Numbered from the stretch's first letter, positions 1 through 14,177 are shown. The stretch: DNA of 64,000 nt from Eledone cirrhosa (GCA_964016885.1 OZ024742.1:170562001-170626000); one strand, 5' to 3'. Notes: generated from the sequence alone by a model not told the origin. A program made the numbers and translations.

Positions 1-85
1 TTACTGTTTTCAGCTGTGATATATAGTATCGTATATTTTCAAAAAACTCCACAGAATCCCAAACTTTTAAACCGAATATAAACAG

Positions 86-206
86 ATCCTACCTTCTTTA
101 GAACTTTAATTAGAAATACAACATCGACGATAGAAATTAAACCAAAATTTCAAGAAAATGCTAACAAAGACTGCAGTGTATTCCAGCTGGACAATTCTTT
201 TATGTG
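86..206 (+). CDS. Candidate internal exon of an unidentified host gene (xPTFFRTLIRNTTSTIEIKPKFQENANKDCSVFQLDNSFM)
   Basis: Open 121-nt frame in unique sequence. Donor TG|GTATGT at 207 (phase 2). The acceptor AAACAG at 85 is weak, so the 5' boundary is uncertain. Phase matches the exon at 25040. Confidence 0.4.
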
Positions 207-706
207 GTATGTTAAAATATTTCTCTATTTGTTTTAAAATATGTAATTCTTCTTTTATTCTTTTACTGGTTTCAGTAGGTAGACTGTAACCAAGCTGTGG
301 CGAAACTTCAAAGGGATTTAGTTGAGCATATATCGATCTCAGTACGTACATATATTATCGATCTCAGTACGTACATATATTATCAATCTCATTTTGTGAA
401 ATTGTTAAGCTACGGGGTCTTATAGAAACAGTAAACGTGAAGATATATATAATATAGGTACCCACATATAAATAACACACACACACACACTCACACACAC
501 ACATACACACACAGAGACACAGACACACACACATATATATAAAAATGAAAGGGTTCTACACACAATTTTCGTCTACCAAATTTTATTATCAAGACATCGG
601 TCAAGCCGAAGATATGACAAAAGATATTTGCCCAAGATGCCAGAAGAGGGACTAAATCCGAAACCACGTGGTTGCGAAGTAAATTCCTTAACCACACAGT
701 CATGCC

Positions 707-824
<118 letters not shown>

Positions 825-919
825 TCGTGTGTGTGTGCGTGTGTATGTGTGTATGTCTATATATATATATATATGTCAAAAAGGAAGTTATAAATTGTCA
901 GAATTAATATATGTATGTG

Positions 920-982
<63 letters not shown>

Positions 983-1071
983 GAATGTATGTATAGTATA
1001 TTTGGCAATATACCGTATGTTTAATTAAAAACATTTAGAAGACCACACACTATACATACATACGTACGTAC

Positions 1072-1141
<70 letters not shown>

Positions 1142-1224
1142 GTTCTTCCGGGTTGAATCGGAGGTAACCACAGTAAGTAAGGTACTCAATACATAGCAGA
1201 GTATAAAAGTTTTAATATAGATGA

Positions 1225-1273
1225 GATTCTACAGGACTAGAACTGTTTCATTCATTAGAAATCATCAGGAATC
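1225..1273 (-). ncRNA. Type I hammerhead ribozyme (family A, left arm of fold-back)
   Basis: Reverse complement reads gattc CTGATGA tttctaatgaat GAAAC agttctagtcct GTA gaatc. Stems I, II and III all form. Confidence 0.8.
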
Positions 1274-1280
1274 TCCTGAT

Positions 1281-1329
1281 GATTCCTGATGATTTCTAAT
1301 GAATGAAACAGTTCTAGTCCTGTAGAATC
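1281..1329 (+). ncRNA. Type I hammerhead ribozyme (family A, right arm)
   Basis: gattc CTGATGA tttctaatgaat GAAAC agttctagtcct GTA gaatc. Stem I gattc/gaatc; stem III acag/ctgt. Confidence 0.8.
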
Positions 1330-1332
1330 TCA

Positions 1333-1416
<84 letters not shown>

Positions 1417-1644
1417 TAGATAGATATTGGTTGTAAATCGAAGTTGTAGCCGCAATATAACAGGTACTAATCGAATTGTTTGAGGCAATCACAAAACACT
1501 CAAGCGAGATATTAATACATTATCGTCCAGAGTAAACACAAAAGTATGTATATGTATATATACATACTTTTGAGTGCTTTGTGATTGTCTCAAACAATTC
1601 GATTAATACCTGGTATATTGCGGCTACAACTTCGATTTACAACC

Positions 1645-1719
<75 letters not shown>

Positions 1720-1856
1720 GATATATGTATGTATATATATACATAGAAATATGTATGTATATATATACATAGATATATGTATGTATATATATACATAGAT
1801 ATATGTATGTGTGTGTATATATATATATATATAAATGTAGATATATACATATACTT

Positions 1857-1927
<71 letters not shown>

Positions 1928-2159
1928 TATGTATATACATCGATATATATATGGATGAATATATATGTATATATATATGTATATACATCTATATATATAT
2001 ATGGATGTATATACATATATATACGTATATGCATGTATATATAAATGTATATACATATATATGTATATACATCCATATATATATATAGATGTATATACAT
2101 ATATATACACATATATATGTATCCATATATATATATCGATGTATATACATATATACATA

Positions 2160-2234
<75 letters not shown>

Positions 2235-2247
2235 ATATATATATATG

Positions 2248-2315
<68 letters not shown>

Positions 2316-3259
2316 AATATATATATATATATACGCATACATACATTAATTCTGACAATTCATAACTTCCTTTTTGACATGCGTTGTTTATACAAATATA
2401 TTCATAAGTGTGGAGGGAGTTACTTAAGTTAGACAGTGAAACTGTTGGAAATAGCAGCCAAATCACCCTTTAAATCATACACACAACCAGCATTTCAGAA
2501 AATATAAATAGGAACGACTTAATGGATAATAGATATTTAGGTCTAACTACACCGAGTCAGTAATAGAATAAAAGTATAACAGAACACAGCAAGAATTATG
2601 GAATTATCTAAGTATCTATTAATCAAAGGTATACATATACTGACCAGGGCCGAATTATTCAAGCGCGTTCCCCTCGTATCATCCGGGGAAATGTCTTCTC
2701 CATCCTATCGGTCGTGACCAGGAGGCGGACTGACCCTTAAACAGTGAGTAGTAAATACAGATCACACACCCGCAAAGTAAACAGTTTTAAAATTAAAGTA
2801 TTAATACATCAGTTCAGTTTCTAAAGAAAGTAAAACATTATTCCATTTGATTTAAATTACCACAGTAATTATTCACAAGACAGTGTAAGCTGAAGACTCG
2901 GGACCACCCAGAGGGACTAGGAGCCCGTCAATTTTTTTTTCAATGTAGTAGGGGGAACGATTGACGTGCCAGAAGGAACCCAAAACACGAAAGTCAAGAG
3001 GCCGGCCTCGGTCATGGGTTGATTAGGCTTTGATGCCGACTAATAATCTATTGATAATGTACAATTTTTTTTAGAATAGCGACAATACTTATGATAATAC
3101 GAAACTAATAATAGGTTTAAATACAAATGTCATCAACATATGGATGTATCTATAATATAGTTATAAACGTATGTATGAAACGTGTATAAAGGTATGTATA
3201 AATATATGTGTAATATATGTATAGATATATGTGTAACATATGTATAGGTGGATGTGAAA

Positions 3260-3330
<71 letters not shown>

Positions 3331-3365
3331 TATATATATACACACACACGCATATATAAATATAT

Positions 3366-3396
<31 letters not shown>

Positions 3397-3422
3397 CACA
3401 CACACACACATATTTATATATA

Positions 3423-3482
<60 letters not shown>

Positions 3483-3528
3483 TAAAATAACAGATTAAAG
3501 TTTAAGCAAAGAATCACTTTCACTTTAT

Positions 3529-3592
<64 letters not shown>

Positions 3593-4109
3593 AAATATAT
3601 GTGTATTATGTTTATAATTCAGTGGTTGCCAGTCTGGGGTTGACAAACCCATGGTGGTCGGTAAATATAAAACTGGAAGTCTGTGAGCTAAGTGAATATC
3701 TAAAGTACTTTGTTATAAAACATCATATACACACAAACTACTTGGTATCACTTCCTCTCTAAATATAAACATTTCTCACTTTCGATTATCCTTATCATTG
3801 TATTTAGGATGGGAGTAATTGTAGCAGCCTTGGAGTCCGTGGGAGTCCGTGGGTATGCATAGGAAACCGCCCGAGTCGGTGAATGTTCAAGGAAGTCCTT
3901 GGGAATCCGTGGAATTCCGTGGGAGGCCGAGGGGAAATTCATTTAAATAAAAGAATCCTTGGTAATTAAATAGTTGGCAAGCACTTACAACCCCCGGATT
4001 TACAATTAAGCAAAAGAAGCACGTGTTTAGCACATATATATATATAATTAAGAGACGAAGCTTGTCGAATAGAATGGATATAGCCTCAGTCGTTTCCTCC
4101 AATTGGCAA

Positions 4110-4300
4110 GGGCGGTGAATCGGCAGTATCGGTAGAGGGTCGGACGCCATGCTTTGGCGCATAAAGTTACGGCCCTTGCCATTCTGAGTTCAAATCCCGC
4201 TGAGGATAACTTTGCCTTTCATCCTTACGAGGTCGATAAAATAAAGTACCAGTAATGCACTGGGTAATTGCTGGCCTTGTGCCAAAAGTAGAAACAATTA
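4110..4300 (+). mobile_element. tRNA-derived SINE with Meta/MESC-like core (family 1; also 24295-24485 +, 27020-27235 -, 47185-47325 +, 50722-50890 -)
   Basis: A-box TGGCAGTATCGG, B-box GAGTTCAAATCC, core GCCTTTCATCCTTACGGGGTCGATAAAATAAAGTACCAG. Confidence 0.85.
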
Positions 4301-4487
4301 TCAAAATTCGAACCCAACTGGTTAGAGTGCACACATCAGCGAGGAAGACGACTTCGTATGGGTAAGATAATTGAGATACCCGGACCAGTTTCTACGGTTC
4401 CGATCTGTTGGTAGTGTTCCGAGTGGAACTACCGTGTGCAGAATATTAGGTAATGTTAGTACACATTACGTAATTTGGCATGTGACC

Positions 4488-4517
<30 letters not shown>

Positions 4518-4518
<1 letters not shown>

Positions 4519-4724
4519 ACGAAGGAAATGTGGTAAGGAACCAGGTGGACCATAACGCACCAAAGTACTCAATACTTGAGGTAGTAGAGTGGGTAATAGG
4601 AACCAGTAAGACCCCGACAGCTGAGCTCAAGCCGTTTCGACGGCTAATTCTGAACTAAAAAATTTTTTAGTCCAGAATTAGCCGTCGAAACGGCTTGAGC
4701 TCAGCTGTCGGGGTCTTACTGGTT

Positions 4725-4728
<4 letters not shown>
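4518..4728. mobile_element. Family B fold-back insert carrying only the 3' half of a hammerhead (also 8063-8254, 11411-11607, 12980-13153, 20540-20718, 23189-23398, 23487-23632, 47033-47147, 47357-47563)
   Basis: Shared ~140-bp unit containing GAAAC ggcttgagctcagc(t/c) GTC ggggtc. Unequal inverted arms. Located in or beside (TA)n. Confidence 0.75.
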
Positions 4729-4774
<46 letters not shown>

Positions 4775-4775
<1 letters not shown>

Positions 4776-5168
4776 GAGGGCAATCTCAAAAGTAAGGTCG
4801 CCTTCCGATATTGCAACTTTTCCGTTAAAATCCTGTGGATGGTGCTTCGGGAAACCTCAGGAACCAAAATGCAGAGAGCATCCAGAGTGATCCGCCGGTC
4901 TTTACGCATGTTTTCCTCGGAAGGAGACCTTACTTTTGGGATTGCCCTCGTATATAATAACTGCGCGAAATTCGCACTTGGCGGTAGCGTTCAACGGGAG
5001 CTCCATTCTCAACGGCTGCCAAGCCAAGATTGAGCATCCCAGCGAAGCGCGCGCATGCTTGTTTGGGACTGACGGAAGCACCAATCACAACAGTGTTGCC
5101 AACAGCCGTAAGAACAGTTTCTCTGCATCCCCATCGCTTTGGAGACCTTACTTTTGGGATTACTCTCG
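4775..5168 (-). mobile_element. Mariner-derived non-autonomous composite with three TIRs
   Basis: TIR CGAGGG(C/T)AATCCCAAAAGTAAGGTC at 4775, 4950 (inverted) and 5168 (inverted); TA flanks. Transposase fragments MELPLNATAKCEFRAVI and DRRITLDALCILVPEVSRSTIHRILTEKLQYRK. Confidence 0.85.
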
Positions 5169-5282
5169 TATGTATATATATATATATATATGTATGTAAA
5201 AGGTAAACAGAAATAACAACACAATCGGTACAGTATATGGAAGGTATATATTAGGTTAACGCTTGATATAGCAGGAAGAGGG

Positions 5283-5318
5283 TCTTAACGTTTCGGACGC
5301 TAGTCCTTCATCAGAAGA
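5283..5318 (-). ncRNA. Minimal hammerhead motif with no stem III loop
   Basis: Reverse complement: tctt CTGATGA aggac tagc gtcc GAAAC GTT aaga. A decayed paralogue lies at ~32719-32755 within a shared ~200-bp repeat. Confidence 0.6.
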
Positions 5319-5661
5319 AAGAATGAGAAATAAAATAGATTGAGGTGACGGGCGGGATGGAATTGGAAAAAAATGTCATTAGATAAAAATAACAGGTTCA
5401 TTCATGTTGACATCTCTTGCAAAAATGCCAGGTTATATTGCAGTTTACCAAAATATGTTCTGGTAAAGATTATAGAATCAGTATCTTTGGTCAATGAGTA
5501 AAAAAGGCAGAATGATTTTTCAACCTCTGTAGATTACGTTATGGACTGTTAAGGCATCACACGTACATAGAGTAAAATCATGTTATAAGTCTAACAATTA
5601 AGAGTTATTCACTCTTAATTGATTAAATGTATATATACGTATAATTTCATAGGAGTACATA

Positions 5662-5800
<139 letters not shown>

Positions 5801-5841
5801 ACATACACATATATATATATATATATATACATATATATATA

Positions 5842-6805
5842 CTAGCATTAAAGCCCGGCGTTGCTCGGGGTCAGTAAGTTACCAAAGTTAGGTTGCACCA
5901 CCCATTTTATGGCAGCACTTTTTTGTCAGCCAGGCACTGGGTGAATGAAATGCACACCTGGACTGCCGAAGCAGGAGCTGCACCAGCAGTGACAATTGTA
6001 GTTTCGCCTATGGATATTATCTCTGTGCAAAGAAGTGTTGAAATTTATTGTTTCACAGTACTTGCGCAACACTCGTGTAGACGATGCCAGCCGAACAACA
6101 GAGCTGCGATGGAGTTGTTCTGCATGGTTGTCTAATGTGTGTTTTCTAAATTTAAGACAGTAGGGAGGGGTGTGATATGGGGGAGAGTTAGCTGTTGTTT
6201 CTAGCAGGTTTAGTGACCTCATAGAGGATATGTTTTCTAAATTTAAGACAGTAGGGAGGGGTGTGATATGGGGAGAGTTAGCTGGTGTTTCTAGCAGGTT
6301 TAGTGACCTCAGAGAGGATATTATTGTGTATAGTAAATAAACTGATACTTCTTTCTTCCACGTTCGTTGAGAGGTTTTAAAAAAGATTTATCGCTATTTT
6401 TTTTGGTGTTGAATAAATTTATCTGTTCTTTTGAATAATTGTTGTTTCGTATGAAATGTAATAAGTTCTCTTTGTCATTGAAGTAAATAAATGTTTGACC
6501 GTTCCACACTCAAAAACAAACGTTCTCTCTCCCTCTCACTCTCTCCTCTCTCTCTTCGGCGTTCCTAAAGGAAGTTTGTAAGCATGTATGTAGTTTTATC
6601 GAATTTTAAGGGGAGTAGAGAGAGGTTTCAGATTGTATTAGAGGGGTAAAGCGTCATATATTTAGTTTTATCGATTATTTCCGTAATTGTGGGTGAGTTT
6701 GAGTGAAATAAATAGTTGTTGTCCTAAGTTACACCATTTACAACATTCTTACAGACTTTGAGTCGAATCAGTTTGAAATTGTGCAAATGTATAAACATGG
6801 AACAT

Positions 6806-6839
<34 letters not shown>

Positions 6840-6866
6840 CAACAATCAGCCTTTTATAGATAATGA
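5842..6866 (-). mobile_element. Probable non-autonomous Helitron
   Basis: 3' hairpin CCCGAGCAACGCCGGG plus CTAG|T on the minus strand. Putative 5' end A|TCATTATCTATAAAAG. Internal ~91-bp duplication at 6139-6320. Confidence 0.5.
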
Positions 6867-6876
6867 TATATATATA

Positions 6877-6935
6877 AATGTAAGTATGTATGTATACGTA
6901 CATACATATATGTATACAGACGTACAGTAGCATGC

Positions 6936-7034
<99 letters not shown>

Positions 7035-7842
7035 TACACATATGCATACAGGTACACATACATATATGCACGCATCAGTTTAGCCGACGTTTATTATAAC
7101 GCCGGTCGCTTTGTTCGTTTGTTTGTCAACAAAGCGAACAGCCTGAATTTATGCCATACGGTGTTAAGGCAACCACGTCACCTTTTTGTTCAACACTGAC
7201 ACAGGAACGATGTACTAGTTTCAAGCTTGTTAGCTATCATCAGCACCGTTTACCCATCTGTCAGATAGTTGAACGTTCGAAAGTATATACTTTCCTTATG
7301 AAAATTAACGGCTGAGCAGCCTAATTTGCATATTGAGTGAGTTAAATCGGTCAGGCATACCGAAAACGATAAGTTGAAAAAAATGAAAACGAAATTTCAT
7401 TTCTCACTCTTAGTATGGCACTTACTTAAATGTAAGTATGTATGTATACGTACATACATATATGTATACAGACGTACAGTAGCATGCATATATACATATA
7501 TATATATATACATATATACACATATGCATACAGGTACACATACATATATGCACGCATCAGTTTAGCCGACGTTTATTATAACGCCGGCCGCTTTGTTCGT
7601 TTGTTTGTCAACAAAGCGAACAGCCTGAATTTATGCCATACGGTGTTAAGGCAACCACGTCACCTTTTTGTTCAACACTGACACAGGAACAATGTACTAG
7701 TTTCAAGCTTGTTAGCTATCATCAGCACCGTTTACCCATCTGCCAGATAGTTGAACGTTCGAAAGTATATACTTTCCTTATGAAAATTAACGGCTAAACT
7801 GATGCGTGCATATATGTATGTGTACCTGTATGCATATGTGTA

Positions 7843-7911
<69 letters not shown>

Positions 7912-8028
7912 GCATGCTACTGTACGTCTGTATACATATATGTATGTACGTATACATACATACTTACATTTAAGTAAGTGCCATACTAAGAGTGAGAAAT
8001 GAAATTTCGTTTTCATTTTTTTCAACTT
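6877..8028. repeat. Direct duplication plus inverted copy of an unclassified repeat
   Basis: 6877-7313 is repeated at ~7428-7794. 7792-8028 is inverted relative to ~7371-7567. A related fragment lies at ~30040-30150. Confidence 0.75.
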
Positions 8029-8029
8029 C

Positions 8030-8064
<35 letters not shown>

Positions 8065-8250
8065 CGAAGGAAAGGTAAGGAACCAGGTGGACCATAATGC
8101 ACCAGAGTACTCGATACTTTGGGTAGTAGAGTGGGTAATAGGAAAAGGTTCAGGACCCCGATGGCAGAGCTCAAGCCGTTTCGACGGCTGTATCAGTCCA
8201 GATATAGCCGTCGAAACGGCTTGAGCTCTGCCGTCGGTACTGAACCTTTT

Positions 8251-8283
<33 letters not shown>

Positions 8284-8287
<4 letters not shown>

Positions 8288-8602
8288 ATACTTTGGGAGG
8301 GTCATGTTGCCAATAAGAAACACATGCACCAGTTGCTTTCACTTCAATTTATTATAAATTTATAAATTTAGGAATTTATAAATTTCCGGTTGGTTGGTTG
8401 GTTCCACAACCAGATGGTTGTTTATATATTGTCAAAGTTCTTTCGTCACACATTCTGTGACCTCTTCAGTCACTGGGGATTCTTTTCTTTGTTTTTATGC
8501 CTCTCCTTTGTTCTGTCCTACGCCATCTTGTTTTTGTGTGACACACACAGAAACAAGATGCGTGTGGTCTTATTGGCAACAAGACCCTCCCAAAGTATAA
8601 CA
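8284..8602. mobile_element. MITE with TGT...ACA termini and ATAT flanks (Ginger-like)
   Basis: TIR TGTTATACTTTGGGAGGGTC / GACCCTCCCAAAGTATAACA, with ATAT on both sides. Confidence 0.65.
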
Positions 8603-8660
8603 ATATCGGTTTCAACACACTTTTTCAGATAAAGAATCTTGCTAAACAAATTCAGAAACG

Positions 8661-8711
<51 letters not shown>

Positions 8712-9292
8712 AGTATATAATACAATACATGTATACATGTATATATATTCGTATGTAGTTGATGGACGAGAGAAAAGAGTACTCAATTAATATTCATATA
8801 TTATGGCTAAGTAGTGAGTTTTTCCTGATGATCCTGTGAGTGCGCAGGTGAAACTCCAAAATAACAAGACTTACTGCTTAATGTGTGTATATATATATAT
8901 GATAATAATGGAGCTGCGGCGCTGCAAATGGGTTACATATGAAAAAGTTTGTCCTCATCAGTGGCCATCCAACCGTCGTAGGCATTTCGTCGCATTAAAA
9001 GCCATATACCCCAGGTTGGTGCGAGCAACGGCTAAAAAAAAGTCGTTGGGACACGTAAATAAAGGGGACGCTAGGGTAAACAAACAAAATGGTTTAAGCA
9101 GCAGAAAGTGATGAAGAAGGAAACAAGTCCCAGATTTCTATGAATATAAATTCGGTGGAATCGTGAACGAGAGAATAAAGACCATCAAACCTGGTTGAAA
9201 TGTGAGCAAGGAAGACATATATGTGTGTGTCTGCGCGCGTGTGTGTGTTTATTAAATGATATATATATATTATTTATATATTATATATACAT

Positions 9293-9800
9293 ATGTTCAC
9301 GAGTGATGGAAGAGAGGAGGCTAGGTTCAGTGCAAGAATTGCAGGAGCTGGTGTAGTAACGAACCAGCTTCAGCATTCGGTAATCAGAAGAATGGAGGCA
9401 GGTGTAAAAGTCAAGCTCGTCATCTTCAATTCAGTAGTTGTGCCAACCCTTACCTATAGTCATGAATCTTGGGTAATAACCGAAAGAATACGATCACAAA
9501 TATAAGTCACCGAAATGGGGTTCCTTCGAAGGGTCTTTTGAGTTACTCGATAGATTGTGTAGCTCGAAGATAGGAGAGTCGCTCCAGGTTGAGCAGCAGC
9601 TTCTCCGAATTTAGATATCTCAACTTTAATATTATGAACATGTGGTTAGTACGTCTCAGGAAAGACTCCCTGGACAACATTTACGGGCAAAATCAACCAG
9701 CTGGAGACCCAGGCGTAGACCCCAAGCAAGATGGTTGAATAACATCCATGATCTCAGCTAGTCTCGCTTAGGGATCAATTGGTGGCGGTTGCTTCTGACA
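9293..9800 (+). mobile_element. RTE-clade LINE 3' ORF fragment
   Basis: FTSDGR..ARIAGA..KLVIFNSVVVPTLTYSHESWVIT..EMGFLRRV..RPRRRP. A second fragment lies at ~10550-10680. Confidence 0.75.
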
Positions 9801-9853
9801 AGAAGAAGAAGAATCTTGCGGAACAAATACATAAATATACATATATGTATATA

Positions 9854-9964
<111 letters not shown>

Positions 9965-10042
9965 ATGTGTGTGTGTGTGTGTGTTAATCTTCGACCTGTG
10001 TTGAGAAAGGAGGAGGGATTGAACACACACACATATATATAT

Positions 10043-10140
<98 letters not shown>

Positions 10141-10145
10141 GTGTG

Positions 10146-10188
<43 letters not shown>

Positions 10189-11129
10189 GTGTGTGTGTGT
10201 GTGTGTGTTAATCTTCGACCTGTGTTGAGAAAGGAGGAGGGATTGAACACCAGACTAGAAGCGTTACCTCCATTATTCAAGAATGCTACAAAAAAGATAA
10301 ACAGATCCTTCGACCAATGGTCTATGGGGAACAGAAGGAGGAGGTGGAGCTGAAGAAGAGAAGAAGAAGAAGAAGAAGAAGAAGAAGAAGAAGAAGAAGA
10401 AGAAGAAGAAGAAGAAGAAGAAGAAGAAGAAGCATACTGTTTGCGAAAATCACCACCATTTTTACGAAATAAGACTCAATGATTTATAATCTTTGAAGTT
10501 GAATTTTAAGTTAATTTAGCCAAAAATTAACTAGAATTAGTAAGAGATCACAGCTGTGATACTACGGACATATAGTTAGAATGTCTCAGGAAAGAATCAA
10601 TAGACATATTTACAAGCAAAACTAACCGACAGGAGGCCCAGGGGTAACCCTAAAGCAAGATGGTTGGATAGCCTCCATGAAGAAGAAGACTGAAGCGAAA
10701 ATCACCGCCATTTTTACGAGATAAGACTCAATGAGTTACAATCTTTAAAGTTAAATTTTAAGTTAATTTAGCCAAAAATTAACTAGAATCAGTAAGAGAA
10801 CAGTAAGCTACGTTTAGCTTAATTATTCAAAATAACTACTATCAGGTATGTGTGTGTAGTTTTTAACGGGTATAATTTTTGTACAATGTTTAGTGGCGTG
10901 TAATTTGTATGTGGTCTTTAGAGGGATTCCTGTCTTGTGATAAACAGATAATGTTGAGTGTGTATAGTTTCAGTTGGCATTACTTTGCACAACGCTATCT
11001 TAATGCTACCGCCAAGTAACCATAACCAGCCAAGTTCGCACTATATGCAAATGAGCATTTCCAGCCTAAGTTCATTACACACAATCTATATAGATTCTAG
11101 TCTATTTTCCTCTCAGAACCGGTTGAGTG

Positions 11130-11178
11130 AATGTCACTGATGAGAGAATAACGAATCTTGAAACAGCTGTCTGGCATT
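11130..11178 (+). ncRNA. Type I hammerhead ribozyme
   Basis: aatgtca CTGATGA gaga ataacgaa tctt GAAAC agct GTC tggcatt. 7-bp stem I, palindromic stem III. Confidence 0.8.
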
Positions 11179-11299
11179 CTTAATGGCTACTGAGATATTT
11201 GAGTTGTGTTCACAGATCAAAACAAACATTTTTTCTTTGATACCGAGGCTCTTGTGGATTTATTATAAATATAAACATATAAACGTAGAGAATATGCTC

Positions 11300-11332
<33 letters not shown>

Positions 11333-11367
11333 CCTATTATGCACAACGCTCTCTTAGTGCTTTTGCC

Positions 11368-11414
<47 letters not shown>

Positions 11415-11693
11415 AACCAGTAAGACCCCGACAGCTGAGCTCAAGCCGTTTCGACGGCTAATTCTGGACGTCCAGAATTAGCCGTCGAAACGGCTTGAGC
11501 TCAGCTGTCGGGGTCTTACTGGTTCCTATTACCCACTCTACTACCTCAAGTATTGAGTACTTTGTTGCGTTATGGTCCACCTGGTTCCTTACCACATTTC
11601 CTTCGTTATATATATATATATATATATATATATAGCGGCGGTGAATTAGTTTTGCGAGGTTTTTTATATGAAATCGTGTGTCGAAACGAATAT

Positions 11694-11813
11694 TGTTATA
11701 CTTGAGGAGGGTCATATTTGTGTAATATTGCCAGAATTAAAACCAACCAAACAGTGAATGTGTTCTGTTATTAATTCTGGCAATATTACACAAATATGAC
11801 CCTCCCCAAGTAT

Positions 11814-11817
<4 letters not shown>
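11694..11817. mobile_element. Short MITE of the same TIR family
   Basis: TGTTATACTTGAGGAGGGTC...GACCCTCCCCAAGTATAACA with ATAT flanks. Confidence 0.65.
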
Positions 11818-11908
<91 letters not shown>

Positions 11909-12681
11909 TATATATACATATATTGAATGAGTAAGGAAACAGCCAAAGCTGTACCGTTTCTCGTCGACTAGCATTGTAACCCCCCCCCCCTCCACAGTGT
12001 GTAACGAAACGAATGGAAAAGAGACAACTTAGAGGAATCGAGAAAAATCGGAATAAATCGTTGTTATTGTTATGATACTCCATGTTTTTCGCTCGTTTCT
12101 CTACTGCCACGTTTGTTCATAGTTTTTCGCTTTTGCATTCGGCTCCTCACACATTCCAACGCAATACAGTATTCTCCTATTCTCTGACGCTTGGAATGGA
12201 TATATATATATATTGTTGGACTTCCAACAGTCCCACACGTCTTCATACATGTACACACACATATACCTACACCCACACATGTATATAGACACTGGCATGG
12301 CTGTGTAGTTAGGAGACTCGCTTAACATTTTATATTTGTCTCCATCGTTAAGAAAAAAAAGTTGTGATTTGAAGAATATTTTGATTGTTGACTTTAGCAA
12401 ATCGAGCAACTGTACATGATACAGGATACTCCGTTGAATCGTCACTTAGAAAGGTATGTGATAAATGTGGTTGAATTCAATGAAGGAGACGTGGAAATGT
12501 TTGATGGTATCAGTAATAGACAATCTTAGACTTGGCAGAGAAGCATGTGATGAACGATTAGTTAGGATAAGGGGAGAAAAATATGTAGGCAATGAAGTGA
12601 AAGCTATTGAAGTTGTTTTTACTACAAACCTGACTGTAGCATGAATCAGAACACAAATGAATATGTATCAGAACTGCGTGG

Positions 12682-12734
<53 letters not shown>

Positions 12735-12740
<6 letters not shown>

Positions 12741-12958
12741 GAATATATGAGAGAGATAAACACAGATATAACTATACATGTGTTCCAATTGCAAATGACC
12801 AAGTTAGCTAACTTCGTCATTTGCAATTGGAACACCTGTATACTTATATCTGAGTTCATCTCTCTCATATATTCAATTATATTACACGGCTCGGAAAGAT
12901 TCCCTTCTTTGAGCTATTTAATTGTAAAAGACTATTTTGAGTTTCTAACTCAATCTAT
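12735..12958. repeat. Fold-back insert (~73-bp arms plus tail) in (TA)n
   Basis: Palindrome centred on AAGTTAGCTAACTT. A GGAAC-N4-GTA remnant lies in both arms. Confidence 0.7.
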
Positions 12959-13149
12959 GATATATATATATATATATATAACGAAGGAAATGTGGTAAGG
13001 AACCAGGTGGACCATAACGCACCAAAGTACTCAATACTTAGGGTAGTAGAGTGGGTAATAGGAACGAGTAGGACCCCCACGGCTGAGCTCAAGCCGTTTC
13101 GACGGCTAGTCGAAACCGCTTGAGCTCAGCCGTCGGGGTCCTACTCGTT

Positions 13150-13203
<54 letters not shown>

Positions 13204-13379
13204 AATATAAATTCAGCGAGAATCGTGTATATATATATATAATCATACATATATGTGTGTATATATATATAATCATACATGTATGTGTATATGAATATAT
13301 GTATGTATGTTTGTAAAAAAAGAAAATGTTCGCTCTAGATGGCTGAATACAATAAATGTAATCTGAATTTTTCGAATAC

Positions 13380-13380
<1 letters not shown>

Positions 13381-13412
<32 letters not shown>

Positions 13413-13880
13413 TTTTTTTATTAACCACAAGGGTTTACATAAAGTAGACATTAAGGACAGTGCTGGAAAATACATTACGGTACAAATGGGCATTTCTGCG
13501 TGTAAAAAACAAAAAGAGGATGTAACAAAAAAATAACAATGAAAAATTCCCCAATAGGGGGGAGACTTCCGAGGGACATTTGTGGAGAAAGCCCAGTAAA
13601 AGGCCACAGTGACCCTGACCACCAAGGCAAGTGCCCTCTCCCAGTTTTCCACCTTTAATTTACAGATATATACTTAGAGTAGGCCCATTCACTCGGGCCA
13701 TTCTTGCTTCTCTCACCCATCTTTCAACAAAATGCTGGGAAGAGAGCACTTCCCTCTCTACTCTGATTTTCCTTTTCAAATGAAATTTGAAAAAGTCAAT
13801 CAAGGTATCACCGAAGAGGTAAGTGCTCGTCTTCAGCCCTTTCAAACGTGTCCACCATACTATCTGTTTCGCCATGGCCA
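13381..13880 (-). mobile_element. L1/Tx1-like LINE 3' end
   Basis: [11 protein letters not shown]...[15 protein letters not shown]...FVERW C-terminal motif, then 3' UTR, AATAAA and a (TTA)n tail. Confidence 0.6.
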
Positions 13881-13897
13881 TAATAATAATAATAATA

Positions 13898-14024
<127 letters not shown>

Positions 14025-14177
14025 GATCAAAAGATGGTTAAAAGAGTTCCAAGTATTTTATTATGCGCATTTCAAAAACAAATATCATCATGGGATGATA
14101 TCTGCGTTCTGATCAGATAAAATAGGGAGACATGATATGAAGCTTAAAAAACACTTGCGAGCAGTGAAGTTTTAAAT

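Noticed and set aside
14-206. Longer first exon using the strong TTTTCAG acceptor at 13
   Set aside because: It has an in-frame TAA at 79-81 and the other frames are also closed. It is viable only if there is a nonsense allele or a base error.
1425-1650. Hammerhead in this inverted repeat (related copy ~30745-30815)
   Set aside because: The inverted repeat is real, but no CTGANGA and only a distorted GAAAC/stem III could be found.
4518-4728. Family A/B palindromes interpreted as TIR MITEs
   Set aside because: Arms are unequal, and apex and arm length vary between loci. Symmetry is at the centre, not at the termini.
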